From: an uncultured bacterium
GTDB taxonomy: Bacteria > Fidelibacterota > UBA2242
Assembly (NCBI GenBank): GCA_964589175.1
Contig: CAZPRY010000010.1
Location: forward strand, 62,000 to 102,743
Direction: 5' to 3'
Length of the DNA: 40,744 bases
Below the pieces are notes generated by a model. The model had not been told where the DNA came from and searched no databases. It worked only from the letters and a program-made list of their open reading frames with translations. Within the stretch, counting starts at the first letter, position 1, and each line of letters starts with the position of its first letter. The position numbers were made by a program, and so were the translations under genes. This document shows, in pieces, positions 27,001-34,218 of this stretch.

Positions 27001-30000
27001 TATCCGAAAGACAAGGATGTCGCCACGCTATTTGAGGAGCAGGTTGAGTCGTGCCCGGATCGACTGGCGGTTGTCGATCAATATGGGAAACTCAGTTATC
27101 GGGAACTAAATGAGAAAGCGAACCGGATCGCAAACTACCTACTGGAGAAGAATAGGGTGGAGCCGGAGGAACCGATAGCAATTCTGATGGACAGAGGCTC
27201 TCAGATGATTGCCGCAGTCCTGGCTGTCCTGAAATCCGGCGGCGCTTATGTTCCGATGGATGCGGCATTTCCCTCAAAACGGATTGGGCATATTCTTCAG
27301 GATACGGGTTGCCGAATTATCCTGACCGATACGCAAAGCGAGCAGTCACTGGCTGCAATGGATTTAGTGGTGGAAACTCTGCTGGTTGACGAGATCGAAA
27401 GCGGGAACTCCGCCAATCCGCAGAGGGTCAGCGACGGCGAAAGCCTCGCCTACATCATGTATACGTCGGGCTCGACCGGAATCCCCAAGGGCGTTATGAT
27501 CGAACAGCACTCGATTGCGAGGCTGGTACTGAATACCAACTACATTCAAGTCAGTCCGGAGGACCGCATCCTGGAAGCAGCGACCCTGGCTTTCGATGCT
27601 TCGACATTCGAAATTTGGGCGGCCCTTTTGAACGGCGCCTGTCTCTACCCGATCCCTAAAATGTCGTTACTCGATTTTGCCGCTTTTAAGAAATTTCTCA
27701 GGAAACATCAAATCACACGGATGTGGTTGACCGCCGGATTGTTTAATCGCGTGACGGACGAAGATATTGATATCCTGGGTGGATTGCAGACGGTGTTGCT
27801 GGGCGGCGAACGGTTGTCTATGACGCATGTCAATCGCGTCCGGGAGCGCTTCCCGGATCTGGAATTGATCAATGGCTACGGTCCGACGGAGAATACTACC
27901 TTTTCGACCTGCTTCAAAATCGAGCGGAGCTATCCGGGCGACATACCCATCGGTAAACCGGTGAGCAACAGCACGATTATGATTTTAAATGAATCGAACC
28001 GACTTGCCGCAATCGGGGTGCCCGGTGAATTGTGCTGCGGCGGGGACGGGCTGGCGCGAGGATATCTGAACGATAATCAGCGCACCCTGCAAAAATTCGT
28101 AGCCAACCCGTTTCATTCTTCCGAAAGACTCTATCGCACGGGGGATCGGGCGCGCTGGCTTCCCGATGGGAACATCGAATTTCTGGGGCGTTTGGATAAA
28201 CAATTAAAAATCCGTGGATTCCGGGTTGAGCCGGGTGAGATCGAATATCGAATGAATCAACATCCGGCGATTAAGAATTCAGTTGTTATCGCCCTTGACG
28301 GATTGGACGGCAACCGTGAGCTGTGTGCCTATTTTGTTACGAAAGATGCCAAAACGCTACATTCTTCCGTAATCAGATCGTTCCTGCAAAACGATTTACC
28401 GGTTTATATGCTGCCGTCTTTATTTATTCAGTTAGAGGAATTTAACCTTACGGCGAATGGCAAGGTGGACCTCCGGGCTTTGCCGGATCCGCTGGAATTC
28501 ATTGGCGATGCCGATTCCCAGCCGCTGGAAGCACAGAACGATACGGAAAAGCAGCTCGTAAATATCTGGAAGAAAATACTCGGCAGAGGCAAAATCGGAG
28601 TTAGCGAGAGTTTCTTCGCCCTGGGCGGACACAGCCTGAAAGCGATCCAGGTATTGAACATGATCCATGAGGAGTTGGGTGTCGATATTTCGATGAAGGA
28701 ATTATTCACCGCACTTAGCATCGAAAAAATCAGTCGGTTGATCATGGAGAGAAAGGGTCAGGCCGTCTTTGAAATTCCAGCGGCACCGCCGGCTGAGTAC
28801 TATCCCGTTTCCTTCGCCCAGCAAAGACTTTGGTTTCTGCAGCATCTTCCCGGTGCGAAAACGGCCTATAATATTCTTGGCTATTTCATCGTATCTTCCG
28901 GGTTGGATTTACAGGCACTGGAGAAAGCGTTTCGTCGAATGATCGAGAGGCACGAGACCTTACGCACGGAATTTGTACAGATTGAAGGCAGTCCCCATCA
29001 GAAGATTCTTCCGGCAGTCGATTTTAAAATCGAACGGATCGATCGGGGCGCAAACTACTTCGATGATGATAAACTGCGAGAATTTATGAGGCAAGAGCTC
29101 GGCCAGGAGTTCGACTTAACGCAGGCACCGCTGCTGCGGGTTAAAACCATTCGATTGCCCGGGCGCAGCTATATGATTTTGTATACCATTAACCATATCG
29201 TATGCGATGGCTGGTCGACCAATGTCTTGCGTCAGGAGTTGGCGACCCTTTATCTGGCGTATGCGCAGGGCCGGCCGGATCCACTCAAGGCGCTTGCACT
29301 GCAGTATAAGGACTTTGCCGCCTGGCAGAAAGGGCTGGATTTTCAGAAAGAGGAGGAGTACTGGCTGAATGAGCTAAAGGGAGTTTCGCCACTGCTCGAA
29401 CTCCCCCTGGATAAAAATACGATAGCGGAAGACAGCTTCCGGGGAGCCACCGAGATTTTAGGGCTGGACGACGACCTTTACACCCGAATTCATAGTTACA
29501 GCGCTGAAAGAGGAGTGACAGTAGCCAATTTCCTGCTGGCGATCTATTTCTATTTTCTGTTTCTGATCACGAAGACGGAAGATATTTGTCTCAGTATTGC
29601 CAGCGCGAATCGCTTTCATCCGGATCTTGAAAATATCATTGGTTTCTTTATTAACCTGCTTCCGATTCGGATTCGCATCGATGACGAGATGGATTTTCCG
29701 GTCATCCTGGATCAGGTTGTCAGCAAGAGTCGCGAAGCTTTGGAACACCAAATCTATCCTTTCGATTTGTTAATCCGGAAGGTCAATCCGGAGCGCTGGT
29801 CGACAAATCACCCGCTTACGAATGTTGGATTTGAATATCAGCAATTTCACGATATGCGGGTGAATATACCGGAAGAGCCGGATGTTGCGCGCGTTTTTGA
29901 GACTCTGCTGGTGAAGGAGCCGAGAATTGATTATCTTGATTCGCTCAACGAGACCACCAAAGGCGATATGACGCTGTTTGTGATCCATAAAGATAGAACA

Positions 30001-30114
30001 ATCGACTTACAATTTGAGTACGATACGAGTAAATTTCATCGTGAAACAATCCGGGAATACCTGGAATATATCCGAAAAATAACGGAAATGGCGATGGCTA
30101 ATCCGCACGACTAA
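21055..30114 (+). CDS. Hybrid PKS-NRPS: KS-(AT-less linker)-DH-KR-ACP | C-A(Val)-T-C
   Basis: 3019-aa ORF; ATG overlaps the upstream TAA (cgtTAAATGaag). KS: DTACSSSL, HGTGT, NFGHL, followed directly by a KS-flanking linker ending YPFEKKRCW with no AT. DH: HRIAGKPTLVGAAYFQ and HPGMLDVAMS. KR: TGGLSGIG, YTAAN. ACP: LGGDSI. C: HHIIADAMS. A: YTSGSTGIPKG, FDAST, NGYGPTE. T: LGGHSL. Terminal C: NHIVCDGWS. Confidence 0.95.
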   Translation: MKKIIKYENINPAKNPELSVEEIDLKDIAIIGIGLRLMDYTGTEDLWNDLITSQDKISRFPENRKADTTAMLVRQGKNNPGISFSEQAYLDSIDAFDRSFFRISPKEAMFINPGHRIFLETAWRAVEDAGYGGDRLKNSSTGVYLGIVPDRNYSDFVYSLYPDQADKIFVGNVPSNAASRISYILDWHGPAVNIDTACSSSLVAVHLACRALRNRECDVALAGGVNINLLPVAVSQEIDIISADGRTRTFDESSDGTGGGEGVLAILLKPLTYALRDHDHIHAVIKGSAVNNDGDSAGMTVPNAKAQADVIRTAWKDAGISPESIGYIEAHGTGTRLGDPIEIDGIQRAFSNYSRRKQFIPIGSVKSNFGHLDAAAGILGLIKSVLCLRNRMIPPIVHFRSPNKNIPFADTPVYPCAELMEWKKDDLPRRCGISSFGLSGTNCHVILEEAPELESQPEDRLTRNHLFTLSARDSDALKRYAELLFHFLEQTADLSLPDVCFTLNSGRGHYNHRIAIVVPEISVLRKKLQFLLEKGLRSDPAQGIFYHQFMLVPENSNEEKASAFTQKSIRTVSAETRELIKQFLDEPKETLLSRIAEKYVNGADIDWEHFYPPDSTRRVSLPPYPFEKKRCWPDLSATIAKEATRYSSRYSDFRPAVFLKHLLAESEAMSVFSIRLDPETDWVLKEHRIAGKPTLVGAAYFQILFEAAEYLGYNNGFEINELQIRKTLTTEKAVEILLILHRQKQEVRAVFQEKDENSGWIDYASARLSKLNSLPDKPVDLDEIRNQYSSMLDVNKEDLKRAAIASAVQTSERWHCLNRVYSDGKQKLGQFSLPGSFRGDLPAYRMHPGMLDVAMSLNLQTPGFFPAAGFGLRIYKPLPSEIYSHIRKKVSDSAKSLEFSITLTDMEGNILADFERFLFLRSERELPAAAALVRKIRWSEIPGIEYSATGARPDFLLIGRGSAFQRLRENLMKQAPGFSVFDLADEPETVTIVAELQEKRLRYILFLSDLDRGTLAIEDLYRFIQKDLLAVFDLAGELTRSPYGGSLNIMIAGMNTWNVSGTEAELNPHFSMLAGLGSVIGIENQNVKCRFVDLDTAESAENLPANFDLIFALAYQKIAIRSAKLFAENISRREAASQAGKVCVPKEQGVYLITGGLSGIGLEIARHFSRQKKVKLALLARSKFPKREDWPNIIRTSDDERLRSRLQLLAGIVESGSELLILSADVADAEQITAALEKIHSSFGKINGVIHCAGVAGDGFIFRKSADAFLATLAPKVQGSWLLDRLTREDHPDFFLLCSALTALTGAPGQSDYTAANCFLDAFADFRQKAGQTTVAINWPAWKETGMAFNHDVVQDTLFYALDTRDALAGLSGISTDHGTRVIIGELNGELIRSLEIDLPIMIEAYATKSITTQDIHPEGAAIEESVPERTVQLTGRDDGAYSDTERIVAGVWADILGYEEINVFEDYFGLGGDSIDALEIGNEFSKRFGLNLSIDAIYKNATIVEYAAFINDQRPAAQSAKRRPAGKVVISKSPKAAHYPVSASQRRLYFFYKFLKDNTAYNLPLAWKLEGNVDPRRLEAAFQQLIDRNEILRTRFDLYRDEPVQIVEDQLEFHIPVIDSSEDQLEARVAQFIQPFDLAACPLIRAELLRFSDRQSVLLFDIHHIIADAMSLDIIMMDLIKIYHNEELREQTLQFRDYAVWEHDYLTSDQMKSHHDYWMNRFSTDPPILDFPLDFPRPAVSEYSGDVTGFELESGLFERVKTFARGKQSTPFTVLVSALVLTLYRYTGQEDIVIGIAENGRHLSELEKMIGMFINNLPIRSFPHPDQTVDDFFNDLKKTVIEAFEHKNYPFDELVEKLNPYRDTSRNPIFDIVFSYLNFHEMIGDFKTSEFSITPYQSLSKNSSKYDIAIFATEYPDKVFFGFEYYSAIFRKESIEQFGRVFRNILNRMIADPQQTISEIDLIDGQEQDRILREFNDGRSDYPKDKDVATLFEEQVESCPDRLAVVDQYGKLSYRELNEKANRIANYLLEKNRVEPEEPIAILMDRGSQMIAAVLAVLKSGGAYVPMDAAFPSKRIGHILQDTGCRIILTDTQSEQSLAAMDLVVETLLVDEIESGNSANPQRVSDGESLAYIMYTSGSTGIPKGVMIEQHSIARLVLNTNYIQVSPEDRILEAATLAFDASTFEIWAALLNGACLYPIPKMSLLDFAAFKKFLRKHQITRMWLTAGLFNRVTDEDIDILGGLQTVLLGGERLSMTHVNRVRERFPDLELINGYGPTENTTFSTCFKIERSYPGDIPIGKPVSNSTIMILNESNRLAAIGVPGELCCGGDGLARGYLNDNQRTLQKFVANPFHSSERLYRTGDRARWLPDGNIEFLGRLDKQLKIRGFRVEPGEIEYRMNQHPAIKNSVVIALDGLDGNRELCAYFVTKDAKTLHSSVIRSFLQNDLPVYMLPSLFIQLEEFNLTANGKVDLRALPDPLEFIGDADSQPLEAQNDTEKQLVNIWKKILGRGKIGVSESFFALGGHSLKAIQVLNMIHEELGVDISMKELFTALSIEKISRLIMERKGQAVFEIPAAPPAEYYPVSFAQQRLWFLQHLPGAKTAYNILGYFIVSSGLDLQALEKAFRRMIERHETLRTEFVQIEGSPHQKILPAVDFKIERIDRGANYFDDDKLREFMRQELGQEFDLTQAPLLRVKTIRLPGRSYMILYTINHIVCDGWSTNVLRQELATLYLAYAQGRPDPLKALALQYKDFAAWQKGLDFQKEEEYWLNELKGVSPLLELPLDKNTIAEDSFRGATEILGLDDDLYTRIHSYSAERGVTVANFLLAIYFYFLFLITKTEDICLSIASANRFHPDLENIIGFFINLLPIRIRIDDEMDFPVILDQVVSKSREALEHQIYPFDLLIRKVNPERWSTNHPLTNVGFEYQQFHDMRVNIPEEPDVARVFETLLVKEPRIDYLDSLNETTKGDMTLFVIHKDRTIDLQFEYDTSKFHRETIREYLEYIRKITEMAMANPHD
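21130..22400 (+). other. Ketosynthase KS2
   Basis: IAIIGIGLRL at start; Cys in DTACSSSL (~21640); HGTGT (~22050); NFGHL (~22160). Confidence 0.9.
22400..22960 (+). other. KS-flanking linker without AT (trans-AT-type architecture)
   Basis: About 185 aa after GTNCHVILEE, ending PPYPFEKKRCWPD (~22925), then straight into DH. No GHSxG or GQG motifs. Confidence 0.75.
22990..23840 (+). other. Dehydratase DH
   Basis: Active-site His in LKEHRIAGKPTLVGAAYFQ (~23112) and Asp in HPGMLDVAMS (~23590). Confidence 0.75.
23850..25110 (+). other. Ketoreductase KR2, predicted active
   Basis: TGGLSGIG (~24517); YTAAN (~24994). Confidence 0.8.
25380..25600 (+). other. ACP2
   Basis: DYFGLGGDSIDALE (~25470). 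Confidence 0.8.
25660..26990 (+). other. Condensation domain C5 (HHIIADAMS variant)
   Basis: HYPVSASQRRLY; HHIIADAMS (~26041), with the catalytic second His and the Asp kept. Confidence 0.8.
27010..28490 (+). other. Adenylation domain A4, predicted Val-activating
   Basis: FDASTFEIW...MW (W278), VLLGGE, INGYGPTENTTFST, NGKVD. Positions read D-A-F-W-L-G-G-T-F-K, against the published Val code DAFWIGGTFK (9/10, I->L). Confidence 0.7.
28540..28745 (+). other. Carrier domain T4
   Basis: ESFFALGGHSLKA (~28627). Confidence 0.8.
28790..30111 (+). other. Condensation domain C6 (C-terminal; NHIVCDGWS; serves the module completed by ORF3)
   Basis: YYPVSFAQQRLW; NHIVCDGWS (~29191). The first His is replaced by Asn; the catalytic second His is kept. 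Confidence 0.8.
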
Positions 30115-30129
30115 AAGGTTAGAACGAGA

Positions 30130-33100
30130 ATGAGAATTTCTGCACAGGATCTGCTTCAGAACGAACACAGCAAGAGAGAACTATCCGATTTTCTGGAACG
30201 CGTAAATCGCACGGAGACCGATTTTCCGAAGGATAAAACAGTAGTCGATCTCATATCGGAATTGGCCGGAAGCTGCCCGCAAAGGATCGCACTGGTCTTT
30301 GAAAATCAATCGCTGACCTACGCCCAACTGGAAACGAATTCGAATCGACTGGCCGAATTCCTGAGCAATCGAGAAATCGGGCCGGGCTTCGTGGTTGCGG
30401 TTCTGTTGGAGCGTTCTCTTGAGATCGTAATCGCTATGCTGGCTATATGGAAGGCTGGAGCCGTTTTCTGCCCCATGAGTACCCGCATTCCATTTGAACG
30501 CCAAAAATATATCATCAATGATACGGCGGCAGCCATGCTGATTTCTCAGCGAAAATTTACCCGGGATATCAATCGCTTGCAGTGGGAGTGCCCGAAATTG
30601 CGGAACATTCTGTGCCTGGACAGCGAGGATTTCTTCAAGGAGATCGAAGCAGGCACCTCGATAATGGACCAGGAACTCTGGGATTATATCGGCGCCGAAG
30701 CCCACGATGATATCTCTGCCGGTGGCTGGAAAAGTGCCTTTTCCGGGGAATGGCTTGGCCGCGAGGTCATGGATCAATATTCCGAAAATATCTTCCGGAA
30801 ACTGTCCCCTTATTTACATAAAGAAATGAAGATCCTGGAGATCGGGTGCTCCTCCGGGATCAGTATGTTCCGGTTAGCACCACTGGTCGGGGAGTACTAC
30901 GGAGTTGATATCTCCGCGACGATTCTGGAATATTCGCGCAAGGAAGCCGCCAGAAGAGGATGCGGAAATATCATTTTAAAACGACTGGGAGCTCACGAGA
31001 TCGATTCTTTGAGAGCGGACGGTTTCGACATCATGATCTTAAACAGCGTAGCCCAGAGTTTCAGCGGGCATAATTATTTCCGGGACACCCTGCGCAAGTC
31101 CATTGATCTGATGAAAGATAACGGTATTATTTTTCTGGGGCACATCTGGGATCAGGATGAAAAGGCAGCCCATCTGAAATCGATTGAAGACCATCTGAAT
31201 CGCAATAAAAGTACAGGCAAACAGGTCATCGCAGATCTCACTCAGGATCTGTACATATCGAGGAATTTTCTACGGGATTTGCGCTACGATCTTCCCGAAA
31301 TAGAGAGTGTTGAGTTTTCCGAGATGGATGCGGACCGGAGAGAACTTTCCTCATACAGCTTCGACGCAATCTTAAAAATCAACAAAACGGCAGCACCGGA
31401 CAGACTATTAACTGCGCAGAGAAGCCGATACCAATTTGACAATAGGGCTGTTCTTCAAAACTCCGGCGAATCATTTCGCAATCGATCCGAAGCTGGGCAG
31501 GCCGCATATCTCATCTATACTTCCGGTACCTCGGGTCAGCCGAAGGGTGTTGTCAATCTGCACCGCTCTCTGGTGAATGTCTTATTATCCGAAATTGAGG
31601 AAATATTTAAAAACTATGATGGTATTCTCAGAGTCGCGCATATCCTTTCTTTTAGTTTCGATGCTTCATTGATCGGTTTACTGGCCTCCTTTCTGAAAGG
31701 CCATACGGTTTATATCGTGGAGGATTATATCATCTATGATAGTCGATTGCTCGCAGAATATTTGATATCGAATCAAATTGAGGTCTTCAGTAGTTCGCCG
31801 GCCCTTCTGTCCGTGCTTTTTCGGGATACTGTTTTTCGAAATCAAAGTGGCGGCCTTAAACATATCATAGCCGGCGGTGAGGAGTTACCAGTATCGATGG
31901 TTCGGGATCTGTATTCGATTCAAGGATGTAGCGGAGTATCGATTACCAATGCCTACGGACCGACCGAGTGCTGTATCGAGGTAAGCCTGCAAACCATCAA
32001 TCATGAATCCTTTCAATCGTATCCGAAAATTCCGATTGGGAAACCGATTCAGAACGTCCGCATTCAGATTCTCGATTCAGAGCTACTTCCCGTGCCGGTG
32101 GGAATTCCGGGAGAGATCTGTATCGCCGGGGAAGCGCTCGGCTGGGGATATTTGAATGATGTCGAGCTGTCTCATCAAAGATTTGTGAAATCTCCGCAGG
32201 ATGGGGAGCTGCTCTACCGGACGGGTGACATTGGACGCTGGCTGAAAAGCGGGGTGCTTGAGTTTATGGGCAGGAATGACGGCCAGGTGAAAGTTCGGGG
32301 ATTTCGGGTTGAACTCGGGGAAGTCGATTCCGTAATCGAAAGCCATGAAGGAGTTCTGCGCAGTGTAACCATAGCGAAAAATCTTTGCGGGGATTACAGG
32401 GAATTACTGTCGTATATTCAGATTACCGAAGAGGACATCGATCTAAAAAGGCTGCGCGAATTCCTCAGACAGCGCTTACCGGAATATATGATCCCGAGTT
32501 ATTTTATTCCTGTCGATCGCTATCCTCTCACGCTGAACGGCAAAGTCGATAAGTCGGCGCTTCCATTGCCGGAGCCGAGTATCAATGGTGGCAACTCACG
32601 GATTTTTAAAACGAACAATCCGATTGAAGAGCGGTTACAACAGATCTGGAAAGAAATTCTGCTTCTGGAACGGGTTGCGATCAATGATAATTTCTTTGAC
32701 ATCGGGGGACATTCACTCAGCGCCGTCCAGATGATGTATAAGATCGAGACAACCTTCGGGGTCCATCTACCGCTGAGTATCCTCTTCCATGAGAGTACGA
32801 TTGAGCAGATTGCCAAACATATCCAGAAAAAAGAGGAAGCGGTTCAATATTCGCCGGTCATCGCGGTGCGCAAAAGCGGAAAACTACCCCCGCTGTTCGG
32901 CTTTCATCCGGTTGGGGGGAACATTTTGTGTTACTACGATCTCGCTCAGCAACTGCCGGGTGATTTGCCGCTGTATATGTTTCAATCGACCGGTTTACAG
33001 AAGGATCCCCCCATCCGATTGGAAACGGTTGAGCAGATGGCGGATTATTATCTGAAGCATATCAGGGAGATCCAGCCGGCGGGCCCCTATTTTTTAATGG

Positions 33101-33660
33101 GATATTCCTTCGGGGGGATGGTTGCTTTCGATATTGCCCGGAAATTATCCGCGGAAGGGGCAGAGGTCCCCTTGCTCGCAATTCTGGATTGTGGCACCAT
33201 TCATCATTCTGCTGACGAGCTGATGAAACGGGACGAGTCCGGATTCATCGCCCATCTGCTTGCAGAATATCTGGAACTCGATGAAGAGTATATGCGAACT
33301 CTGGATCGGGATGCGAGATTGGCCTATATCACAAGAGAGGCGCATCAGGCCGGCGTCGTGGATGAAGGTTTTGGGGTCGAGAACACGAAACAAATGATCA
33401 ATATTTATTCCGCCAATGGAATGGCTGCCGTGAAATATCAGCCTCAGCCGTATACGGGCAAAATTGTTTTGTTCCGCGCCGAGGAGCATTCGCGTTCATC
33501 GTTTTTAGATAACGATTGCACGACGCTCGGGTGGGAACGATATTCGGCCCAGGAGATCGAGCTCCATTTCGTGCCCGGGAAACATGATACAATGCTGATA
33601 AAGCCATACGTCGATACGCTGGCGCAAAAACTTTCGCAGATAATCCGGAGAATGACCTGA
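30130..33660 (+). CDS. Terminating NRPS: A (interrupted by a methyltransferase between motifs A2 and A3)-T-TE
   Basis: 1176-aa ORF, 15 nt after the ORF2 stop. A1 LTYAQLETNSNRLA; A2 IWKAGAVFCPM. An ~270-aa insertion then carries class-I SAM-MTase motifs: ILEIGCSSGISMF (motif I, ~30831), YGVDIS, FDIMILNSV, NGIIFLG. The A domain resumes with A3 YTSGTSGQPKG (~31516), FDAS, NAYGPTECCIEV, YRTGD, NGKVD. T: GGHSL (~32704). TE: GYSFGG (~33100). Confidence 0.95.
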   Translation: MRISAQDLLQNEHSKRELSDFLERVNRTETDFPKDKTVVDLISELAGSCPQRIALVFENQSLTYAQLETNSNRLAEFLSNREIGPGFVVAVLLERSLEIVIAMLAIWKAGAVFCPMSTRIPFERQKYIINDTAAAMLISQRKFTRDINRLQWECPKLRNILCLDSEDFFKEIEAGTSIMDQELWDYIGAEAHDDISAGGWKSAFSGEWLGREVMDQYSENIFRKLSPYLHKEMKILEIGCSSGISMFRLAPLVGEYYGVDISATILEYSRKEAARRGCGNIILKRLGAHEIDSLRADGFDIMILNSVAQSFSGHNYFRDTLRKSIDLMKDNGIIFLGHIWDQDEKAAHLKSIEDHLNRNKSTGKQVIADLTQDLYISRNFLRDLRYDLPEIESVEFSEMDADRRELSSYSFDAILKINKTAAPDRLLTAQRSRYQFDNRAVLQNSGESFRNRSEAGQAAYLIYTSGTSGQPKGVVNLHRSLVNVLLSEIEEIFKNYDGILRVAHILSFSFDASLIGLLASFLKGHTVYIVEDYIIYDSRLLAEYLISNQIEVFSSSPALLSVLFRDTVFRNQSGGLKHIIAGGEELPVSMVRDLYSIQGCSGVSITNAYGPTECCIEVSLQTINHESFQSYPKIPIGKPIQNVRIQILDSELLPVPVGIPGEICIAGEALGWGYLNDVELSHQRFVKSPQDGELLYRTGDIGRWLKSGVLEFMGRNDGQVKVRGFRVELGEVDSVIESHEGVLRSVTIAKNLCGDYRELLSYIQITEEDIDLKRLREFLRQRLPEYMIPSYFIPVDRYPLTLNGKVDKSALPLPEPSINGGNSRIFKTNNPIEERLQQIWKEILLLERVAINDNFFDIGGHSLSAVQMMYKIETTFGVHLPLSILFHESTIEQIAKHIQKKEEAVQYSPVIAVRKSGKLPPLFGFHPVGGNILCYYDLAQQLPGDLPLYMFQSTGLQKDPPIRLETVEQMADYYLKHIREIQPAGPYFLMGYSFGGMVAFDIARKLSAEGAEVPLLAILDCGTIHHSADELMKRDESGFIAHLLAEYLELDEEYMRTLDRDARLAYITREAHQAGVVDEGFGVENTKQMINIYSANGMAAVKYQPQPYTGKIVLFRAEEHSRSSFLDNDCTTLGWERYSAQEIELHFVPGKHDTMLIKPYVDTLAQKLSQIIRRMT
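30600..31450 (+). other. Methyltransferase domain embedded in A5 between core motifs A2 and A3
   Basis: Class-I SAM-binding motifs I, post-I, II and III as listed above. The placement (a2-a3) differs from the common a8-a9 N-methyltransferase insertion. Confidence 0.8.
32600..32830 (+). other. Carrier domain T5
   Basis: DNFFDIGGHSLSAV. Confidence 0.8.
32850..33657 (+). other. Thioesterase (type I, chain-releasing) domain
   Basis: GxSxG as GYSFGG. Conserved Asp/His positions are plausible (ILDCG...; HFVPGKHDTM). Confidence 0.8.
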
Positions 33661-33731
33661 ATTTTGGAGCATAATCCGGATGCGATCGGAGAGCAAGGCA
33701 ATGAAGATTAGGTATGATATAAGGAGGTGAA

Positions 33732-34013
33732 ATGGTACGGATCGGACATGTTCCGGAAATACTGGAAGTCAAGCGACATCTGGATGATTTAAAGAAAAGG
33801 CAACTGCTTCAGGAGTGGGAGCTGCCTTATGAAAACCTCTTAACGAGGTTGACGGCGGCGATCTTTTTCTTAACTCCGGTAAGTTCAGAGAAATTGCCGG
33901 AAATCTGGGAGGAACTGGAACAGCATAAGATGCTGCACTACCGGCGCAATGATGAGAAAAAACTCTCCGGACTGGAGTGGCGGGTCGAATTTAATAAAGG
34001 ATTTGAACTTTGA
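33732..34013 (+). CDS. Hypothetical small protein (93 aa), cluster-adjacent
   Basis: Strong SD: taAGGAGGtgaa immediately upstream of the ATG. No recognisable motif; not MbtH-like. Confidence 0.4.
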   Translation: MVRIGHVPEILEVKRHLDDLKKRQLLQEWELPYENLLTRLTAAIFFLTPVSSEKLPEIWEELEQHKMLHYRRNDEKKLSGLEWRVEFNKGFEL

Positions 34014-34218
34014 TATCCAAACCGGTAATTTGCCGTGATGATTTTAAAGAATTATCGGAGCAGGAGAGGTCGGATTGAACAGCTCGGATTTGGATCGAAA
34101 GCGAGTCATCGGATTGGATAACTTCCGTTAGATATTGAAGAAATTCGGGGATAAATTGATATGAAAGCAGACTGTAAATTGGTATATTAAAGAAAATTAT
34201 GTTAAGACGGAGAGTAAC

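Noticed and set aside
33732-34013. MbtH-like protein call for the small ORF after the TE
   Set aside because: Lacks the conserved MbtH motif (NPFxD...W...SLWP); no Trp pattern.
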